This document shows positions 28,600 through 38,646 of a DNA stretch of 64,000 nt, one piece after another. Source of the stretch: Candidatus Latescibacterota bacterium (GTDB lineage: Bacteria > Latescibacterota > UBA2968 > UBA8231). Position numbers and translations under genes: made by a program. The DNA is taken from positions 2,016,001-2,080,000 of the forward strand of contig CBDCDC010000002.1 in assembly GCA_965215195.1 (NCBI GenBank), in the 5' to 3' direction. The notes below the pieces were generated by a model. That model saw only the letters and a list, made by a program, of their open reading frames with translations. It did not search any database and was not told the origin of the DNA. Within the stretch, counting starts at the first letter, position 1. Each line of letters begins with the position of its first letter.

Positions 28600-28992
28600 C
28601 GAAGTATGCCATCAAAACAAAACTGATGTTACGTAGCTTTAAGGCAGCCCCTCACTTCAGCACATCCTTGAAATGACGGGGCGGTTTCGAGATTTGGGTC
28701 AACTGCGTACCGTCAGTGAGGAAGCTCCGCACGTTGGAGCCTCCGACCAACCGCGCATACCGGCGCACCCGTGGACAAGGCATACTGCGCTGCAGCAATA
28801 GAGCCGTATAGACCACTGCCAACCCGGCACCGAATGGATCGCCGAGCGTCAGCACAGCGATCATCCGGCCCTTGATGGGGCTTAAGAGATCGCAGCCTAA
28901 TGGCCGAAAATATGAAGGGCTGACGGATGTTACGCACGGGCAGGACGATGCGTAACTTTACAAGTTGGCTTTTCTCACTCTGCTTTAGCCCC

Positions 28993-29922
28993 TTAGGAGG
29001 CGCTCTTGCCCAAGGTGCTACACATCGATCCGACGACCACCAGTATGGTACCGCCGACGGCGGGTTTGTTGAGGGGTTCCATGGGGACTAGGTTGGGGTC
29101 AAAGAGGGCGAGTAGGCCCATCACGGCCATAGTGACCAGAGGAGTCAACGAGACCAGCGCGCCCATGCGCGAAGCCTCCATCCGCTTGAGCGATTCGGCG
29201 AAGCTGAGATAGGAGACGAGGGTGAAGACGACCGAGCAGGCCAAAAGCAAAAAGGGGATGGCCGGCAGATCGAATATGCGGCTCGGCTGGGCCAAGGGCA
29301 GGAACAGCATCGTGCCGAACCAATAGACCAAGGCCATAATCGAGGTCGAGGGCAGGTGGCGCAGCAGGGGTTTTTGCGCCAGCATGAAAACCCCCCAGAG
29401 AATGGCCGAGGTAAAGACGAGCCAAACGCCGATCCCGTAGTTTTCTACCAAGGAGAGCAGTTCGGCGAAGCGCTGATTAAAAAAGAGCCCCATCCCCACG
29501 ATCAGCACACCGAGGCCGATCCACTGCAAACGGCTAAAGGGTTCTTTGAAGAGAATCAGCCCGCCCAAGAGCACAATTATTGGCGAAAACTGCATCACGA
29601 TCTGGGCCGAGCCGGGCGAGATGCGGCCCAGCCCCATCAGATACGTCAGGTAGTTGCCGCCGAGGCCGAGGACGCAAACCACCGCCAGCACCAAGGCCGC
29701 GCCGCGAATCCGAAAAGGAGAAGCAAGGCCGTAGCGAAAGTGGACGACGGGGAACAGCATGGCCCCCGCGAGCAGGAAGCGATACCAAGTAACCGTAAAG
29801 GGGTCCAGCGATTGCAACAGCAGCTTGAGCACCACGGGCAGGGTGCCCCACAGCAGCAGGGTGATAGAGGCGAGGGCCAGCCCTAGGAATTGATGCTCAG
29901 TCCGGTTGCTCACGGTCGCCAA
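28993..29922 (-). CDS. EamA/DMT transporter
   Basis: About 10 TMs in two repeats; LWGTLP, WYRF, LFKE. Confidence 0.88.
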   Translation of the reverse strand: MATVSNRTEHQFLGLALASITLLLWGTLPVVLKLLLQSLDPFTVTWYRFLLAGAMLFPVVHFRYGLASPFRIRGAALVLAVVCVLGLGGNYLTYLMGLGRISPGSAQIVMQFSPIIVLLGGLILFKEPFSRLQWIGLGVLIVGMGLFFNQRFAELLSLVENYGIGVWLVFTSAILWGVFMLAQKPLLRHLPSTSIMALVYWFGTMLFLPLAQPSRIFDLPAIPFLLLACSVVFTLVSYLSFAESLKRMEASRMGALVSLTPLVTMAVMGLLALFDPNLVPMEPLNKPAVGGTILVVVGSMCSTLGKSAS

Positions 29923-31052
29923 GAGGTCCTCAGCCTCTCGACGACCCCTTCATCCACTTCAATCCCCAATCCCGGCCCGGCCGGCACGCGCACAAAGCTG
30001 TCCTCTTGGTCAAACGGCACCGCGCACAACTCTTGACGGATGGCATTAGGCGTGCGGTCGAATTCCATCACCGGCTCCTGCACATAGGGCTGGGCGTTGT
30101 GCGCTGGCGGGCAGGGCGGCAAGGTGGCGGCTAGGTGTAAAGTGGCGGCGATCATAACGGGCGAACCCCAGACGTGGGGGTTGACCTGAATGCCACAGGC
30201 GTTGGCCATGGCGCATATCCGCTGCATCTCGGTGATGCCGCCGCAGTGCATGACGTCGGGCTGGACGATGTCGTAGGCGCGGCGCGTCAGATAGGGCTTG
30301 AATTCGTAGCGAGTGCGCAGGTTTTCGCCGCCGGCAATGGCCATGGGCAGCGCGGCTTTGACTTCCAAATAGGCGTCCAAGTCTTGGGCGTTGACCGGCT
30401 CTTCAAACCACACCAGATCCAGTTCGGCCAGCTTCTGGCCAATGCGAATCGCCGCGGTGGCGTTGTAGGCTTCGTTGGCGTCGACCATGAGGTGAATGTC
30501 CGGGCCGATGGCTTCGCGTAATGCCCGGACGCGCGTGACGTCCTCGGCGATGGACAGCCCTCCAACCTTGGTCTTCATCCCCTTGAAGCCTGCGGCCACA
30601 TAGGCCCGCGCCTCGTCGAGCAGGCGGTCGGGGAACTCGCCTTCGGTGTAGTAGAGGCCGGTGGCATAGACGGCGATTTTATCGCGGACCTTGCCGCCGA
30701 GGAGGGCGCAGAGCGGGAGGCCGGTGGCTTTGCCAGCGAGATCCCAGAGGGCGATGTCGAGCGCGGAAAGGGCGCTGCCGGCTAGGCCGACCGCGTTGTT
30801 GCCGTTGTAGAGCGCGTGGAACATGCGCTCCCACAGCCCTGCGCGATCCATGGGGTCTTGGCCGATGAGCAGCGGAGCGAGCAAGCCGTCGATGAGGTCG
30901 GCGGCCGCGCCTTCGCCCCAGCCCACGAGGCCGTCGTCTGTGGTGACTTTGACGAGCGCGGTGCTGCGCTGGTCGATCCATCCCTGAGACCAGCCAAAGG
31001 GGCGCTGGAGGGAGCAGGTGAGGTCGAAGGTCTCGATGGCAGCGATTTTCAT
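29910..31052 (-). CDS. Mandelate racemase/muconate lactonizing enzyme family (sugar-acid enzyme)
   Basis: ALDIALWDLAGK, KTKVG, MVDAN, WFEEP, GGEN, QPD, PHVWG. Confidence 0.92.
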   Translation of the reverse strand: MKIAAIETFDLTCSLQRPFGWSQGWIDQRSTALVKVTTDDGLVGWGEGAAADLIDGLLAPLLIGQDPMDRAGLWERMFHALYNGNNAVGLAGSALSALDIALWDLAGKATGLPLCALLGGKVRDKIAVYATGLYYTEGEFPDRLLDEARAYVAAGFKGMKTKVGGLSIAEDVTRVRALREAIGPDIHLMVDANEAYNATAAIRIGQKLAELDLVWFEEPVNAQDLDAYLEVKAALPMAIAGGENLRTRYEFKPYLTRRAYDIVQPDVMHCGGITEMQRICAMANACGIQVNPHVWGSPVMIAATLHLAATLPPCPPAHNAQPYVQEPVMEFDRTPNAIRQELCAVPFDQEDSFVRVPAGPGLGIEVDEGVVERLRTSWRP

Positions 31053-31126
31053 AAACAGGTCTCTGAGGTTGACAGTTGGGGGGGAGAAATATAGGCTATC
31101 CAAATTTGCAGATAAAGGAGGCGAAC

Positions 31127-32266
31127 ATGAAAATCACCGCGGTGAAATTGCTGGTGTTGGAAGACCCAGGGCGCAAGGGAAGCGTCGGGCATAATATCGT
31201 GCGGGTAGAGGGGCTGCGGAGGATACAATACACGCACAAGGGAAGGCCAGACCGAGAACTGCGCCCGGTGCGGCAGAGCTTCTTGGAAGTCCATACGGAC
31301 GAGGGAATTGTGGGGCGCAGCGATACGTCGATGACTCCCTATCAGGCCGACATCGTGCGGTATCACGCGGTGGGGCGGAGCCCTTGGGAACGCGAGGGGC
31401 TGTTTCAGCAGTTTTGCAAGGGAACCCGGTGGGTGTACCAGCCCCCGGGTTGGTTTGGGGCATTTGACAACTGTCTGTGGGACATTTTGGGCAAGTACGC
31501 GGGGCTGCCGGTCTATGCGTTGGTGGGGCGTGTGCGGCCGCGGCTGCCCGCGTATCTGACCGGCGGAGATGCGGATGTAGAGGGGTATCTCAGGGCCATA
31601 GAGACCGGCAAGCAAATGGGCATTGGGGCGTACAAGTTTCACACGTATAAAGGCGGCAAGGCCGATATTCCCATTTACCGGGCCGTGCGGGACGCCGTGG
31701 GGCCGGATTACGATTTGATCACCGATCCAGTGTGCTCCTATGACCTGCGCGAGGCCATTGAAGTGGGGCGCGTACTGGAGGAGCTAAACTTTGTGTGGTT
31801 GGAAGAGCCGATGCACGAGCAGAAGATGAATCAGTATCAGGAGCTGTGCCGAGCGTTGACCATTCCGGTGATGGGGACCGAGATGCTGATGCACGATATG
31901 GGTTTGACGGCGCAATGGCTGATCCAAGGGGCGACCGATCGCCTGCGCGGCAATGCCCGGCACGGGGCGACGCAGGTGCTAAAGCTGGCGCATCTGGCCG
32001 AGTTGCACGGAGCGAATATCGAACTAAACGGCGGCGGGGCCTTGGATGGGCTGGTCCACGCGCACTTAGGGTGCTGCATTGACAACACGGATTTCTACGA
32101 GTTTTTCGGGGCAACGGCCGACAGCTTGCGGCAGGCTGGGGCGCGGTGGGGTTTGCTCAACGCGCCCTTGCTTGCAGAAGGGCACATCGCGCCCCCGGAT
32201 GGGCCGGGTTGGGGCGCGGAGTGGGACGAGGAGAAGTTCGGCTCGCTGGTGGTCGAAGAGCACTGA
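31127..32266 (+). CDS. Mandelate racemase/enolase superfamily protein
   Basis: DNCLWDILGK, YKFH, WLEEP, PDGPGWG. Confidence 0.88.
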   Translation: MKITAVKLLVLEDPGRKGSVGHNIVRVEGLRRIQYTHKGRPDRELRPVRQSFLEVHTDEGIVGRSDTSMTPYQADIVRYHAVGRSPWEREGLFQQFCKGTRWVYQPPGWFGAFDNCLWDILGKYAGLPVYALVGRVRPRLPAYLTGGDADVEGYLRAIETGKQMGIGAYKFHTYKGGKADIPIYRAVRDAVGPDYDLITDPVCSYDLREAIEVGRVLEELNFVWLEEPMHEQKMNQYQELCRALTIPVMGTEMLMHDMGLTAQWLIQGATDRLRGNARHGATQVLKLAHLAELHGANIELNGGGALDGLVHAHLGCCIDNTDFYEFFGATADSLRQAGARWGLLNAPLLAEGHIAPPDGPGWGAEWDEEKFGSLVVEEH

Positions 32267-32278
32267 GATGGAGGACGC

Positions 32279-33136
32279 ATGAAACGCTGGCAACCCACCC
32301 CAGCCCAAGCCCGAGCGTGGGAGGACAAGGGCTATTTCACCGTGCCTCGGGTTGCGACGGCCGACCAAGCGGCCGAGATGCGCGGGGTGATCAAGAACGT
32401 CCTGTACACGCCCGAGCCGGAAAACGTCCGCACCGACGCCGACCCCATGGACCCAATGGGCGATACGCCCGAGGCGCGGGCGCAGCGCTTTCGCAAGTTC
32501 AACCGCTGGTGCCACACCGCGCCGCTAGTCTGGCACACGGCACACGCCGGGGTGCTGGCACCGCTGGCGCACTATTACTTGGGCGACGATATACTGCTCA
32601 AGTTCAGCAGCGTCTTCGTCAAACCGGCCAAGACCGGGGCGGCCACGCCCTGGCACCAAGACAACGGGCTGTGGCGCGATGGCGAGACCGAGCCGTTCAA
32701 TGTCTGGATGGCCCTCGACCCGGCCAAACGAGAAAATGGCTGCCTGCAATTCATTCCGGGCAGCCACAAAACCGAGATCGTCGAGCACGTGCTCTACGCC
32801 GACAGCATCCACGGCGAGCTGCCGCGGGAGCGGGTCGCGGCCCTAAAGGCCGAGCGCGACGTCGAGCACATTGAACTAGCACCCGGCGATGTAGTCTGCT
32901 GGCATAGCAGCTTGTGGCACTATAGCCCGGTCAACCGGAGTCCGCAGAGCCGAATTGGCATTGCCGGCGTGTACACCACGCCCGCTATCGCCGACCGCGC
33001 GCCGCGCACTTGGGGCAATCTCCATTGGGTGATGCGAAAGGGCGCGTTGTGCCAGAATTTTCCAGCGGACGAATACGAAGTCTCTACAAAAGACAAGGCG
33101 CCGCCCGGGCCATTTCCCAAGGCCACTACCCACTGA
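32279..33136 (+). CDS. PhyH-family dioxygenase
   Basis: TPWHQD, ENGCLQFIPGSH, WHYS. Confidence 0.92.
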   Translation: MKRWQPTPAQARAWEDKGYFTVPRVATADQAAEMRGVIKNVLYTPEPENVRTDADPMDPMGDTPEARAQRFRKFNRWCHTAPLVWHTAHAGVLAPLAHYYLGDDILLKFSSVFVKPAKTGAATPWHQDNGLWRDGETEPFNVWMALDPAKRENGCLQFIPGSHKTEIVEHVLYADSIHGELPRERVAALKAERDVEHIELAPGDVVCWHSSLWHYSPVNRSPQSRIGIAGVYTTPAIADRAPRTWGNLHWVMRKGALCQNFPADEYEVSTKDKAPPGPFPKATTH

Positions 33137-33145
33137 GCATGCTCT

Positions 33146-36049
33146 ATGTTACGGTTATCTCGATTACTTCTCGTATCTCATCTTTTTGTTATCACCTCTG
33201 TTTCAGTATCTGCCCAGCTCACCATTGAGGGCACCGTTACTGACGAACGAGGTGAGGGTCTGCCTGGTGCCAATGTCATTGTGGTTGGAACGACACTGGG
33301 TACGGCCGCTGATGCCGAGGGCCATTTTACGCTATTGCTGCCGGAACCAGAAGAAGCGACCCTGCTAGAGGCGCGTTCTGTGGGCTATAAATCAGCCAGA
33401 CAAGTTATTCGCCGCGACAACGGTTTGGCAAAAGTACGTTTCGCGCTCACAGTGGATGCACTGCAATTTGATGAAATCGTCGTCACCGGTGTTTCAGTTG
33501 CCGCCAGCAAAAAGCAATTGGGCAATGCCATTTCCACGGTTACTGAGTTGAGCTCTACCGGGGCCACGTCCCTCGACAAGGCACTGACTGGTAAATTTTC
33601 CGGGGCCTTAATTCAGCAAAATTCGGGCAAGCCGGCCGGTGGGACGACCATTCGTTTGCGCGGGACCAGTACGGTTCTCGGCGCGGCCGATCCGCTCTAT
33701 GTCGTGGATGGTGTCATTGTGAGCAATGATTCGCCCGAACTCATCTTACTCGGCGGCGGGGCGCAAAACCGGCTCGTCGATCTAAATCCCAACGATGTAG
33801 AGCGAGTTGAGGTAGTGAAGGGTGCCGCTGCCGCTGCCCTTTACGGCTCGCGTGCCAACAATGGCGTCGTGCAGGTATTCACCAAGCGTGGCTCACAGGG
33901 CAAGCCGCGGATTACCTATACGTCTCGTCTTTCAACGGCAACTGTCCGCAAAACACTAGATGTAAATAGGGCCACCGTAGACAACAGCGGGAATAAGAAT
34001 CCCGATGGCTCCGACGTGCAGCGTTTTGATCATCAGGACTTCATCTTTAGACGCGCCGCCGGAACGGAGCAGTACTTGTCGGTTGCGGGTGGCTCTGGAA
34101 ATACTCGTTATTTTGCCTCTGGTTCCTACCTCGCTGATGAAGGCGTGGTGGAAAATACCTCGTTTCGGCGGATCAGTGGACGGACCCGTATCGACCAAGA
34201 TTTGTCGGGTTGGGCTACCCTGTCTATGGGTGGGAATTTCATATTTAGCGAAAGCGATGACATTCCCAACGGCGGATTAAATTCAAACTATGGTGCTCTG
34301 ACAGGTTTTATTTTTGGCCCTAATACATACGATCCCACGCCCGATGCATTGGGTGTTTACCCAAGCGATGGAGTCCTCGCCAATCCATTAGAGGTCGTCG
34401 AGCGATATGATTTTAATCAAGAGGTCACCCGCTATATTGGAAATGCACAGTTAACCGTAGCTCCGCTATCTGGCTTGAGTATTGACTATACTTTGGGAGT
34501 CGATTCCTACGATCAAACGGCCCTAGCCTTTATACCGGCCGGCACATCCGCACCGGGCTTGGCAAATGGTCTTTCTCGAAGGGGTGTGTTCGACTTCTTA
34601 CAACTCAATAATGATGTCAATATAAGCTACCAGCGCAGCATGTCCTCTCAGGTACAGTCAACCACCCTTGTCGGCGGGACGCTACAGTACGAAAAAGGAG
34701 AAAACTTCAGTGCCGAAGCCAAGGATCTAAGTCCCGTTGCAGAAACCGTAGCAAGCGGTGCGACTGTGGTCGCCGGCGAGTTTAGAAGTGAGCGAGCCAT
34801 TTATGGTGTATTTGCCCAGCAGACCGTTGGGATTGCCAACCGATTTTTTTTCACAGGCGCTGCTCGCGTCGACGCCTCTTCAGTATACGACGCGGATAAC
34901 CGCTGGCAATTTTATCCAAAGGCGAGTGCTTCATATCTCATTTCAGAGGCCGGCTTCTGGCAAAATAGCGCACTGCAAAACATTCTTGCGGCTTGCAAGT
35001 TGCGAGCTGCTATAGGAACTTCGGGTGGTCAGACGGCGATTGGCGCGTACGACCGCTTCACCAACTACAATGCCTCCTCTTATGACGGCAACCCCGGGTT
35101 GGTCCCGAGCACTCAGATCGGCGGGGCGATCAAACCCGAAAGGCAGCGAGAAATAGAAGTAGGTGCGGATTTTAGTCTCCTATCCAATCGCCTCGGGCTG
35201 GAACTGACATACTACGATCAGCACATCGACGACTTGTTGTTATTCCGCACGTTGTCGCCGTCCACAGGTCACTTGCGGATCTTGCAGAATGTAGGTGCGA
35301 TGGATAACGCCGGGCTGGAACTTCTCGTCCGTGCGATTCCGCTTGAACGTCCTGCTCTGCGCTGGGAATCGACCTTCACTTATTTGGCTAACAAAAATAA
35401 CGTCAGTGGAATCGAGGGCGAGCGGTTGATCATACCAAATTCGTTTAGCCAAGTGTCAGCCATCAACGGGGAACCACTCGGAGTTTTCTTCAGCACGGCA
35501 TTTGAACGCGACGACAATGGGAATATCGCACTCGATGCAGACGCGCTCCCGCTTCGAGCGGCTGAGCGCAAAATTATTGGCGACCCCAACCCGGACTTTA
35601 CCGCTTCACTTATCAACGAGGTTACAGTGGGTCGGAACTGGTCATTGCGCGCTCAATTAGACGCCATCGTAGGGGGCGATGTATTTAACTTTACCCGCCG
35701 CTTGGCCGCTGCGGGATCGTTCGGCGTTTTGACGGATTATGAACGCGAGTTAAATGGCGAACTCCCTGCTGGCTATAATTCGCGGGTCTTCCGAATTTTT
35801 GAGCACTGGGTCGAGGATGGCTCCTTTGTGAAGTTGCGCGAACTGTCGGCGTCTTATCTATGGCAGCTAGGGAAGGCGAATAGTATTCGATTTAGCCTAG
35901 TTGGACGCAATTTGTTTTCCATAGATGACTACAGCGGGTACGATCCAGAAACCAACGTCGCGGGACAGCGCACAGCAGTGCGCGGATTTGATTTTGTCGA
36001 AGTGCCAATTCCACGTAGTTTTTCATTCAGTGTAAGCCTTAACTACTAG
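33146..36049 (+). CDS. SusC/RagA-family TonB-dependent receptor
   Basis: N-terminal carboxypeptidase-like domain, PLYVVDGV, EVVKGAAAAALYGSRANNGV, EDGSFVKLRE, YSGYDPE. Confidence 0.93.
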   Translation: MLRLSRLLLVSHLFVITSVSVSAQLTIEGTVTDERGEGLPGANVIVVGTTLGTAADAEGHFTLLLPEPEEATLLEARSVGYKSARQVIRRDNGLAKVRFALTVDALQFDEIVVTGVSVAASKKQLGNAISTVTELSSTGATSLDKALTGKFSGALIQQNSGKPAGGTTIRLRGTSTVLGAADPLYVVDGVIVSNDSPELILLGGGAQNRLVDLNPNDVERVEVVKGAAAAALYGSRANNGVVQVFTKRGSQGKPRITYTSRLSTATVRKTLDVNRATVDNSGNKNPDGSDVQRFDHQDFIFRRAAGTEQYLSVAGGSGNTRYFASGSYLADEGVVENTSFRRISGRTRIDQDLSGWATLSMGGNFIFSESDDIPNGGLNSNYGALTGFIFGPNTYDPTPDALGVYPSDGVLANPLEVVERYDFNQEVTRYIGNAQLTVAPLSGLSIDYTLGVDSYDQTALAFIPAGTSAPGLANGLSRRGVFDFLQLNNDVNISYQRSMSSQVQSTTLVGGTLQYEKGENFSAEAKDLSPVAETVASGATVVAGEFRSERAIYGVFAQQTVGIANRFFFTGAARVDASSVYDADNRWQFYPKASASYLISEAGFWQNSALQNILAACKLRAAIGTSGGQTAIGAYDRFTNYNASSYDGNPGLVPSTQIGGAIKPERQREIEVGADFSLLSNRLGLELTYYDQHIDDLLLFRTLSPSTGHLRILQNVGAMDNAGLELLVRAIPLERPALRWESTFTYLANKNNVSGIEGERLIIPNSFSQVSAINGEPLGVFFSTAFERDDNGNIALDADALPLRAAERKIIGDPNPDFTASLINEVTVGRNWSLRAQLDAIVGGDVFNFTRRLAAAGSFGVLTDYERELNGELPAGYNSRVFRIFEHWVEDGSFVKLRELSASYLWQLGKANSIRFSLVGRNLFSIDDYSGYDPETNVAGQRTAVRGFDFVEVPIPRSFSFSVSLNY

Positions 36050-36267
36050 AAGCGGTCTGAAAATTCCGCGAACCGTCCCTTGTGTGCAGCAAACAATCGA
36101 GGATCGAGGGCGTCTCGCCCTAGGGTCAGTTTATGCCGTTAGACAGCTCCCCATCGGTGCAGCAAACAATCGAGGATCGAGGGCGTCTCGCCCTCGAAAA
36201 ACGCGCCATCCGAGAGCCTCTCAACCGCTACTCAGCGCGGTCCGCCGAGGGTTTGCAGACCGCTTCT
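36048..36267 (+). mobile_element. MITE-like repeat, family A copy 3 (complete, with internal duplication)
   Basis: AGAAGCGGTCTG...CAGACCGCTTCT perfect TIR; 38-bp internal direct repeat at 36084-36121 and 36157-36194. Confidence 0.85.
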
Positions 36268-36383
36268 AAGACGCGCGTCGGGTGTCAGGTATCAGTGGCC
36301 GGTCCCGGGGGACGCTTCACCAGCCCACGAACTACGAAGCTAGCACCAGAATTTTAAGAAGGCTGCTAAACGAGAAAAAGAGA

Positions 36384-37697
36384 ATGACGACGTCAAATCA
36401 CTTGGAGATAGCAATTGTTTCTGGATTGCTGTTTTTGGGCGCATTCGGTTGCGATCTGAATATATCGAATCCAAACCAAGCTTTCGAAGAGCAGGTCTTG
36501 AGGACCAGCGTTGGCATCAAAGCCTTGGCCATTGGAATGCAACGAGATTACGCAAGTAATAATGTCGATTCTTATGTTCGTCATCCGGCAATTACAAGCC
36601 GCGAGCTTGCGGCAAATACGACGTTTTCCAATCTCGTAGAATTAGAGGATGGCCTCGATGCGTTATCCGGGGCCAACAGCGCGGTCAGTGCTATTTGGTT
36701 TGATTCATATCGCGTAATCGGCATGGCCGACGATTTGATCGGCAACGCGCCTAAGGTGCCACTCGCAGAGGGTACGCGCAGCGGCATTTTGGCACTGGCT
36801 CACCTCTACAAAGCGATGTGTCTGGGATTTGTAGCGCAGGCTTTTGAACGAGCACCGCTAGATGTACAGGCCGATGGACGAGCACCTTTCGCGTTGCGAA
36901 CTGAACTATTTGCCGAGGCGATTCGATTGTTAGACCATGCGCTGCAAACCATAACTGCCACCCCGCCATCCGCTGAATTCAACTCAGCTATCTTGGGAAG
37001 CGGTTTCGATCTCGTCAACACGATCCACGCTTATCGGGCGCGCTATAGCTTGTTTTCGGGGAACTACCAAGCCGCAATTGAGGCCGCCAATGCCGTCGAC
37101 CCGTGGGCGACTTCTGTCTATACTTACGATGCGGAAAATCAAAATCCCATTTACACACAAGTTCTTGTTTTCGACGACTATGCTCCGAGAGACAATTTCG
37201 GGATTCTGGGCGCGGACAGCGCCGATGCGAGACTTGCATTTTACTTGGTTCCCAATGATAGGACGAGCAATCCTAATGACTTTCCGGTTGAAAGTTTAGC
37301 CGGCTTTTGGAGCACAGCAACTTCGCCTATTCCGGCCTACCTACCCGGCGAAATGGCTTTGACGCGGGCAGAGGCAAACGCGATGTTGGGAAATGTTGCA
37401 GAGGCGATCGCTGACATCGACGCTATTCGCACAAAAATACCCGCTCAAGACCCTCATGGAATTGGGGCGTCGTTGCCTCCCTACAGTGGCCCACAAACGG
37501 CCGCTGCTGTGATGGACGAGATCTTTCGTCAGCGCCGAGCAGAACTGTTCCTGCATGGTACTGGATGGGAAGACAGCCGACGCCTCGCTCAGCCCGGCCC
37601 ATCGTCCGACCCATTTGAACGAAATCGAAATTTCTACCCCCATGCAGACCAAGAGAGGTTAAACAACCGCAATACGCCAGCCGATCCTGCAAATTAA
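36384..37697 (+). CDS. SusD/RagB-family outer-membrane lipoprotein
   Basis: Lipobox AFGC, LTRAEA, RRAELFLHG..WEDSRR; follows SusC. Confidence 0.88.
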   Translation: MTTSNHLEIAIVSGLLFLGAFGCDLNISNPNQAFEEQVLRTSVGIKALAIGMQRDYASNNVDSYVRHPAITSRELAANTTFSNLVELEDGLDALSGANSAVSAIWFDSYRVIGMADDLIGNAPKVPLAEGTRSGILALAHLYKAMCLGFVAQAFERAPLDVQADGRAPFALRTELFAEAIRLLDHALQTITATPPSAEFNSAILGSGFDLVNTIHAYRARYSLFSGNYQAAIEAANAVDPWATSVYTYDAENQNPIYTQVLVFDDYAPRDNFGILGADSADARLAFYLVPNDRTSNPNDFPVESLAGFWSTATSPIPAYLPGEMALTRAEANAMLGNVAEAIADIDAIRTKIPAQDPHGIGASLPPYSGPQTAAAVMDEIFRQRRAELFLHGTGWEDSRRLAQPGPSSDPFERNRNFYPHADQERLNNRNTPADPAN

Positions 37698-37728
37698 CTA
37701 CGAGGTAACACAAAAAGGAGGATGCAGA

Positions 37729-38634
37729 ATGAGCGAAGCTTATGTCGTCGATAAGAACTTAGGGCAGCCGTTGCTTTTGGAGGAAGGCGACCTGCCGCAA
37801 AAAAACGCCAACGGCGAGCGGGTCGTCGAGCTGACCGACGAGCAGAAGTATCTCTTTGATGTGCGCGGGTGGCTCTTGCTGCCGGGGGTATTGGCCGATG
37901 ACGAGATTGAGACCATGCGCGAGTACGCATTGCGCGTACAGCACCGCCCGCAGTCGCTGCCGGCGCACGAACGTTCCTTTGTGGCTGGGCCGCTGGAGAA
38001 GCTGACCGATCATCCGGTTGTAGTGGGCTTCCTCAACGAGTTTCTGGCGTTCCCAGGGCTGTCGAGTGCCGAGTGCTACGGATTTCGCATGGAGGGCAGC
38101 GGCTTGCGCAACCCAGCGGCGACCCCCGAGCGGGAAGGCGTTTTCAACCCGCACAACGGCAGCGGTTTCTTCCGCTTTGCCGTGGATTCGCATCACTACC
38201 AGAGCATTCCCGGCAAATCCTTTAGCGGGTTGACGCGGGTAGTGTGGGAGCTAGCACCAGTCAAAATGAGACAGGGCGGCACGCTCTTAGCCACCGGCAG
38301 CCACAAGGCCGCCTATCCCGCGCCCGCCGCCATTCAGGACCCGCATTCGGCCGTGTGGGAAACTTATGAGTGCCCGGCCGGGTCGGTGTTGTTTTTTACC
38401 GAGGCCCTAGCGCACAGCACTTCTCCGTGGACCAATGCCGACAACGAGCGGGTGGGCATATTCAACCTCTACAATAGCGTCGGCTCACGCTGGAGCTCGT
38501 GGTCGCCGCCGGCCCAACTCGTCGCGCAGATGCCGCCGATGCGGCAGACTCTCTTTCGCGGAACGTATTGCGCCGACAACGTGCCGGGCTTCCGCTACGG
38601 GGGCCAGAACCAGCGGGATCGGCCGGTCGCCTAA
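37729..38634 (+). CDS. PhyH-like Fe(II)/2OG enzyme with H-x-G in place of H-x-D
   Basis: LTDEQKYLFDVRGW, PHNG, GGTLLATGSHK, EALAH. Confidence 0.75.
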   Translation: MSEAYVVDKNLGQPLLLEEGDLPQKNANGERVVELTDEQKYLFDVRGWLLLPGVLADDEIETMREYALRVQHRPQSLPAHERSFVAGPLEKLTDHPVVVGFLNEFLAFPGLSSAECYGFRMEGSGLRNPAATPEREGVFNPHNGSGFFRFAVDSHHYQSIPGKSFSGLTRVVWELAPVKMRQGGTLLATGSHKAAYPAPAAIQDPHSAVWETYECPAGSVLFFTEALAHSTSPWTNADNERVGIFNLYNSVGSRWSSWSPPAQLVAQMPPMRQTLFRGTYCADNVPGFRYGGQNQRDRPVA

Positions 38635-38646
38635 AGGAAGCGGCTG

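Noticed and set aside
28925-28960. GATGTTACGCA..GGGCAG similarity to integron attI1/attC core sites
   Set aside because: No integrase or cassette array; better explained as the family-B TIR, which shows TSDs elsewhere.
36084-36194. Repeat(38)-spacer(35)-repeat(38) resembling a mini CRISPR array
   Set aside because: Only two repeats; the repeat is part of a dispersed MITE; the last ~11 bp of the spacer resemble the MITE unit tail; no cas genes in the window.
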